DNA of 63,061 bases, counting the filler. It is 9 parts of 9 records of this genome, joined end to end, with 100 filler letters (N's around TTAATTAATTAA, not from the genome) between each part and the next. Parts side by side here need not be neighbours in the genome. Positions count along the whole stretch, not along the records: positions 44,122 to 59,624 come from SRR7504441_7704; positions 59,725 to 63,061 come from SRR7504441_7717; 7 more parts are not named here. One strand, 5' to 3'. Both the position numbers and the translations under genes were made by a program. Below, piece after piece: positions 57,481-63,061 of the stretch. A model generated the notes under the pieces. It made no database searches. It was not told the DNA's origin and worked only from the letters and a program-made list of their open reading frames with translations. Position 1 is the first letter of the stretch. Each line of letters starts with the position of its first letter.

Positions 57481-58475
57481 TCATAACCTAGACGGCACCC
57501 CTCCTCCGACCACCAGAGTCTCACCCGTCACATACCCCGAATCAGCGCTGCACAGGAACACGGCCGCCGCGGCACAGTCGTCCGGCTCGGCCAGCCGGCC
57601 CAGCGGAACCAGTCCCTCTGTCTGGCCCTGGGCGTCCAGCTCGAGTGCCTGAGCCACCTACCCCCGCCAGCTGAGTGCCCCGAGTGCCGGCCAGCGCGCA
57701 CCAAGCCCTGGCTCTGAATGCCCGAGGCCACGCAGTTCACCCGGATCCCGGCCGGGGCCCACTCGGTGGCCAGCGCCTTGCCCACCGCCATGATGGCCGC
57801 ACTGGCTACCCCGGCGAGTCCGAACCCCGGCACAGGGCAGTAGCTGCGCCTGCTCAGCCAGCCCGCGCAAGCAGGCACCCGAGCATCGAGCTCATGAGCA
57901 CCACCACCCCGCCCGGCGCCGCCAGCTTGGGCTTGAGCGCCTTGACCAAGAAGAACGATCTGCCGCCCGGCTCGGCCCCGCCCGCCACCCGTCGCCACCG
58001 CTTGACCACCGCCTCGAAGTCCTCGCGCCAGGCCGCCTCGTCCGCCCCGAGCAGCTCGCGCGCCCCACTCCGGACCACGTTGTCGCTCACCACCAGACAA
58101 TCCAGCCGGTCGTACTGCAGCGAGATCAGCCGCACCAGCCTGCCCCGGCTCCCGCGCCGCCTGGTCGGCCGGTAGACCGGCTGATCCCGTCGGACCGGTA
58201 GACCCCGCTGCCCGCCGGAAGGACGGCCCCGTTGACCGCGAACCCCTCCGAGCCCAGGTACTGCACCGCGGTGTCGACGGCATCCCGCCGGGCCCCGCAC
58301 AGCGTTACCTGTCGCTGATCGACCGATCGGCCGGCAGCGGTCACCTGGGCGCCCTCCTGGCAGAGGCGGCGGGCGGTGACGAAGCCGATCCCGTCGGTCC
58401 CGCAGGTCACCACCACCTTCTTGCCTGCCGCCCCCGTCGGTGCCGCCTCGTTGGACACTCCGTACCGGCTAGCAT
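57481..58475 (-). CDS. DHRS4-like short-chain dehydrogenase/reductase with PTS1 (SRL), degenerate active site
   Basis: Spliced MLA|GKKVVVTCGTDGIG, GIRVNCVASG, PLGRLAEPDDCA, GYVTGETLVVGGGVPSRL*. Confidence 0.8.
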
Positions 58476-58515
58476 CGCTGCCTGCACCCCCCGCTGTCCG
58501 GACTGCCCGGAACGA

Positions 58516-59624
58516 ATGCGCCTGTGGGCGCTGCTGGTGGCGGCGGGTTGGGCCGCGGAGCCAAACTGGCGCGGGTCGTTCCGGGCGCCGTCGGGCGAGT
58601 TCTGCCTGAGCGCCGGCTGCCGGAGGCTCGGCTGCCCGGCGGCCGATCCGGTACTCACCCGGGGGCTGGCGCCCTGGTGGGACCAGCAGGTGGGCCCGGA
58701 GCTCTGGCAGGCCGGTTGCGATGCCGCGGCCGGCCGGTGGACCCAGGCGTACCGGGCCAAGGTGCGCGGGAACCGGATCTACCTTCGGTCCTGCTCGGGC
58801 CACCGGGGGTACCTGGGGACGGACGAGGACCTGGACCTGCTGCTCGGGCTGCTAGTGGAGCTGGCCGAGGCGGTCGGGCTGCCGGAGGTCGAGTTCCTGT
58901 TCAACACGGGGGACCAGCCGTTCACCGACCGGTCGTACTGGGCCCCGCTCCCGCAGCTGCACTGGGTGGCCTCCGCCGGGCATTGGACCATCCCGGTGCC
59001 CAATCCATTCCAGCTCAGAGCTCACTGGACCAACAAGCTCGGCGACGGCCCCCGGACCGCCCCGGGCTGGGCAGCCCGGCGGCCGCAGCTCTACTGGCGC
59101 GGGTCGGTGAGTCTGCCGGACAACACGCCGTTTAGCGCCATAGAGGCGACTCCGAGGGTCCGTCTGCTCAGGCTGGCAGCGGCCCATCCGGAGCTCTTCG
59201 ACGTGGGCGTGACTAGTCTGGACCAGGACGTGTGGTGGCAGGCGCTCAGTCGGGCCCAGCGCAAACAGCTGGCCGGCCGAGTCCAGCTGGTGCCGTTTGA
59301 GCCATTCGCGCAGCGGGCTGTTGAGTTCAAGTACCTGATCAACGTGGGTGCTGTGCTCTCGTCGTGGCGGCTGGTCGAGATGCTCAGGACCGGGGCGGTG
59401 CTCATACTCCAGCAGGACAGCACGCACGAGCTGCTGTTCGAGTATCTCCGGCCGTGGGAGCACTATGTGCCTGTGAACTACGAGCTGTCAGATCTGGTCC
59501 CAAAGCTCGAATGGCTCAGGGCCAACGACCAGGAGGCGGCTAAGATCGCCAGGGCCGGGCTGGACTGGTTCGAGCGGCACGCCCGCCGGCTGGACACCTA
59601 CTGCTACATGCTCCGGTTGATGCA
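58516..59624 (+). CDS. GT90/CAP10 glycosyltransferase (POGLUT/KDELC-like), 3'-truncated
   Basis: Signal peptide; LPEVEFLFNTGDQP, LYWRGS, FKYLINV...SWRL, LRPWEHYVPV...SDL...W. Confidence 0.9.
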
Positions 59625-59724
59625 NNNNNNNNNNNNNNNNNNNNNNNNNNNNNNNNNNNNNNNNNNNNTTAATTAATTAANNNNNNNNNNNNNNNNNNNN
59701 NNNNNNNNNNNNNNNNNNNNNNNN
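59625..59724. other. Artificial contig linker
   Basis: N44-TTAATTAATTAA-N44. Confidence 0.98.
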
Positions 59725-59842
59725 CCGCAGCACTTGCACCCGGTGGTTGTTCTTACGAGTATCAGCCACGATCAGTGGAATCTCCTCCACCACCGCCCGC
59801 ACCGCCGCCTCGTTCACCACCCCCTGGCTGTGAACTACAGCC

Positions 59843-62800
59843 CTATTGGCTGTCGACGCCGCACAGGTCTCGGCGGTACGACCGACCAAAGAGCAGGCAG
59901 CCAAACATAAGATTGCCATGAACATTGCGCGTCCTCTCCATAGAGGCATCGCCCATCGTCCACGGAGAAGCCACCCTGGTCACCACCGAGGGTGTGTCGA
60001 CAACTGTCTTTTTGACAGGTCCGTTCTCACCATAGCTAAAGCACCCTGCGACTGGGCAATCATAAAGGTTGGATACCATCTCCTGTGTGGCACCTTTCAT
60101 ACCAGCTGGCATGTTCTGGAGCATGCCTGCACAGCAGACCAGTATACCGCCGTAGAGACAGCCCGCGTTGGCTTCATCCGCGAAATGCGAGTTTTTGATT
60201 GCGGAGCGGAGTGAGCTCACCATCGATGATGCCACATGCCGCGATGTGGCGCATGCAAGTGTCACTCTGTCGCCCTTTGCGAGCTCCGGCATCAGAGGCA
60301 GCACCATTTGAGCTGGGTTGCGATGGTACAGGTCGTCCTTTTTTTGATCACTGTTCTTTGCCGTGACGGCACAAAACTTGATCCGACAAGTCTCGCCGTC
60401 CTGCGTCTCAGCTTTCTGCTCTATTTCTAGCGCCGTTAGCATGTTCGGCTCAACGTCACTTAGCCACTCCCGAAACACCTCACTGGCCGGCTTGACTGTC
60501 TCTGCACTGCCAGGCAGGTGGTCGGTACTCTCCCGAACCCGAAGTTCATTGACCTGGCTGCACCCGTCCTTGTGCTCAACCTGCTCCACAATCCCTGTCT
60601 TGCTCTCGACCTGCCGGAACGGATGAGTCAGGTTCACGTGCGTCTCGACAGTCGGCCACATCATCAATAGCGCAAATCCCTGGTTGAACACTTGATCGCC
60701 GGCCATCTGCAGCCCCTCCAACAACACCTCTCCGTTCTCCTCAGGCGGCCGCCACGGTGCACCCGAAAATCCGAGCACTGGTACGTGGTCGCCAATTACT
60801 TGGTTCACTGCATCGATGATGGCAGACTCCCGCCTGATCGGCATGCTCGATAGGATCATCTTGGGCTCTTGGCCTCGCCAGGGCTCAAGCAACGACCTTA
60901 CGTTATCCTCGTCCAGGTCTTGACTAGCCACCAGCGCGTAACGCCCTTCAGGATCGTAGATGGCAAAGAGCGTCAGCAGCCGGCCCGATCCGACAGTGCA
61001 ACTAGACCCGTCCAGCCGGCCTGTGGCAGCCTGAAACCCGTCCTCGTTCAATGTCGCGCTGTGGCTAGACCCTCCAACAATTTGACACCCAGGTGCCTCT
61101 TGGGGGGCTAGTTTTGTTAGGGTGTTAAGGATTTCCTGCACATCCGCCTTGAGAAATCCGACAGTAAAGCACAACAAAACAGTAGGTTGCTTGAGCGGTT
61201 CTTCAGAACTATCCATGCCTCCGCCTCTCAGATCGTCTGTGCTATTCAGCTGGCTGACCAGATGATTGTAAGCCAGGGTTGCTGCTGCTTTCGGGCTCTT
61301 GTGTCTTGAGGTGGAGCTGGCGCAGGCAAATGGCATCGGCTGCGGGGAGGTGTTGACCGCTTCCCTGTGAACTCGGCTATGCAGATGTGTAAGGTCAGCA
61401 TACGCCTCGACCGCTTCTATAGATCGCATCTGTGTCAATCTTGGCATTGATACCACAGTCTCTGGCATTTCAAGCTCTGGCATGGGCTCAGATGGGTCTG
61501 ATCCGGCAGGGTAGTGTTTATGATTGCAATACTGGGACGAAATGAGCTTCACGAAACGAACAGTCTCGGCAGTCTTGGGGGGGCGAGTAAGACCAAGCCT
61601 GTTATCCATGATGGACGCAGCCTCCGACATGGAATCCATGCTGAAAAGCGAATACGCGTCCAATTGCGCGGCGGAGTAAGACTCAGTTGAGACCTGGTGG
61701 TATGGATACCTGCCCAACGGCGCATGTCGAAATCCGCTTTCGCTGTCAAGCCGATGCTTAATCTGCTCCAGCTCTTCATGCGATAAGTGACGCGATAAGT
61801 GCTCTTCGTCACGCGGGCGTAGAAGCTCGTTGATTTCAGTTTTGTTTTCAGCTTGAGCCTTCGCCACATTCATCGCTTGCGACTCCACAAAATTAGTCTC
61901 AGCAATCGATCTCTCGCCTTTCACAACGTACAGATTGCCCCAATCATAGCCCCATGCCCGGAGTGAGCCTATGCCGGTGGTGACCCTTGAGCCTGGCGCT
62001 ATGTCAGGATAGGTAGCCTGCAGCCGAAGGCAGCTGCGATAAGAGGCTTGCCGCCGCATTCCAAGGTGAACCTGCAGCCTGTAGCCATCGCCACTAAACT
62101 CTGTGATCGCCTTCATGACGGTCTGTCGGCAATTGATCGGAAAAAACATTTCAGAATATGGAACAAATCTGATCAAGCTTGCCAGTGCGCTGCTCCAACA
62201 TCCGAATTTTAGAATACACGCCGAACTGTCGCAGTCTTCAGCGGCGATAATTTGTTCCTTCACCTCCTTCAGCGCCCGCAGCAAGCTTTGAACATGCTGC
62301 TGCTGACTAAATTCGTCTTGATTGATCTCAAAATGTGTACGTCTTGATTGATTGTCAAACTCTGGAGTGATCGACACGCGTGCCAGGCTAGCTCGACCAA
62401 AGTCTCGATACTCTGGGTCGTCTTTGAGCCCAACCAAGTGCTCGCTCAACATAATGGCAGCGTCCAGGTCGGTGCATTCGACTCGGAGATTGTACATGCC
62501 GTGTTTCGTAATGTATTCTGGATCCGAGTTGTGATGAATGCGCACAGCCTGAATGTGTCGTTTGAACCAAGACAAGGACATCTGTTTCGGTCGCTTGGGT
62601 ATGAGTCCCGCCAGCATTTCCTGCTTGTGCCAGAGCGAGACGGTGAATCCGCTGTCGAAATAGTCCAGCAGTTTGGAGCACATTTCTTCCTCTTCAAACG
62701 ATATTTGAGGCTTTGCTACTCCAGTCATGTATCGAGTCAGGCCACCTGCTTTGGGAGCCTCCTTTTGAGCCCCTGTCTTTTGGGAGCGGTTCAAGCGCTC

Positions 62801-63026
62801 CGAATAGGGTCTTTCTGAGGAGCATTGAGGCAAACGTAACAGAGATTCCTTCAGTTTGTCGTTTATATTTTTGCTGAGCAGTCTCATCGGGATGTAGACT
62901 TCCAAACAGTGAATGTCACACATAGGCGCCGGGTGCAACTGTGGGTCTTCAGATGCCAGCAGCATGTCGCTTGCATCTTTGAAATATATATAGACAAGAT
63001 CATCGTCCACGGGATCCTCTGTCAGG
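59843..63026 (-). CDS. Large protein with a C-terminal FIST (N+C) sensory domain; 5' end outside the window
   Basis: >1000-codon exon; IVGGSS, GGILVCCAG, GCFSYGENG, HGNLMFGCLLFG FIST motifs; intron acceptor at ~63027. Confidence 0.8.
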
Positions 63027-63061
63027 CTGCAACCCCCCAGTCATTCACCCCTGTCCAGCCA

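Noticed and set aside
9-59463. Many long antisense or alternate-frame ORFs rich in Arg/Pro/Gly/Ala (e.g. 9-575, 6865-8346, 24336-25571, 33103-34149)
   Set aside because: Shadow ORFs expected from very high GC content; no motifs, and they overlap well-supported genes.
11681-59724. Identical TTAATTAATTAA motif flanked by Ns, eight times
   Set aside because: Artificial six-frame-stop contig linker; not biological, and gene neighbourhoods across it are meaningless.
60282-60314. Two AGCT sites in the FIST domain as a possible hidden inversion
   Set aside because: The ORF is open as assembled and flipping does not improve FIST-like character.
1-63061. Alternative genetic code or stop readthrough to explain short ORFs
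   Set aside because: In-frame stops in conserved genes fall inside ~40-nt introns, and TAA, TAG and TGA all terminate recognisable proteins.
1-63061. CRISPR arrays, rRNA/tRNA genes, transposases, prokaryotic operons
   Set aside because: No repeat-spacer array, RNA-gene signature or transposase motif recognised; the DNA is eukaryotic.

Overview
This is eukaryotic (protist-like) nuclear DNA read with the standard genetic code. It is nine contigs concatenated with artificial 100-bp N44-TTAATTAATTAA-N44 linkers, so adjacency across linkers means nothing. The genome is very compact: genes mostly alternate strand, head-to-head start codons lie only ~40-180 bp apart, and introns are mostly 34-50 nt with frequent GC-AG boundaries. 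Gene 5' ends are very GC-rich and the 3' parts of long genes are much less so. Recognisable genes are an MFS transporter, Vps20/CHMP6, a tandem-VHS kinesin-14, ARMC1-like, a CSN4-like fragment, DNAJC2/zuotin, an F-box-like/Arf fusion, an RRM protein, Spt7-like, a CTL/PNS1 transporter, a Vps10/sortilin receptor, prenylcysteine oxidase, Pcs60/AAE3 acyl-CoA ligase, a DHRS4-like SDR, GT90, a FIST protein and several intronless secreted CAZymes (GH127-like, GH78, GH51). The most striking observation is that several genes are internally scrambled. In the IP3-receptor, Vps10 and FAM166-like/EF-hand genes, and probably an MGC-acylated gene, 70-340-bp pieces of coding sequence are inverted in place between short inverted repeats that usually have a self-complementary 4-mer core (TGCA, CGCG, ACGT, CATG). 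Large internal pieces are also missing, yet the surviving fragments stay stop-free. This is either a real gene-scrambling/rearrangement process or an amplification/assembly chimera pattern; the sequence alone cannot decide. All product calls are by-eye motif recognition; no database searches were run.
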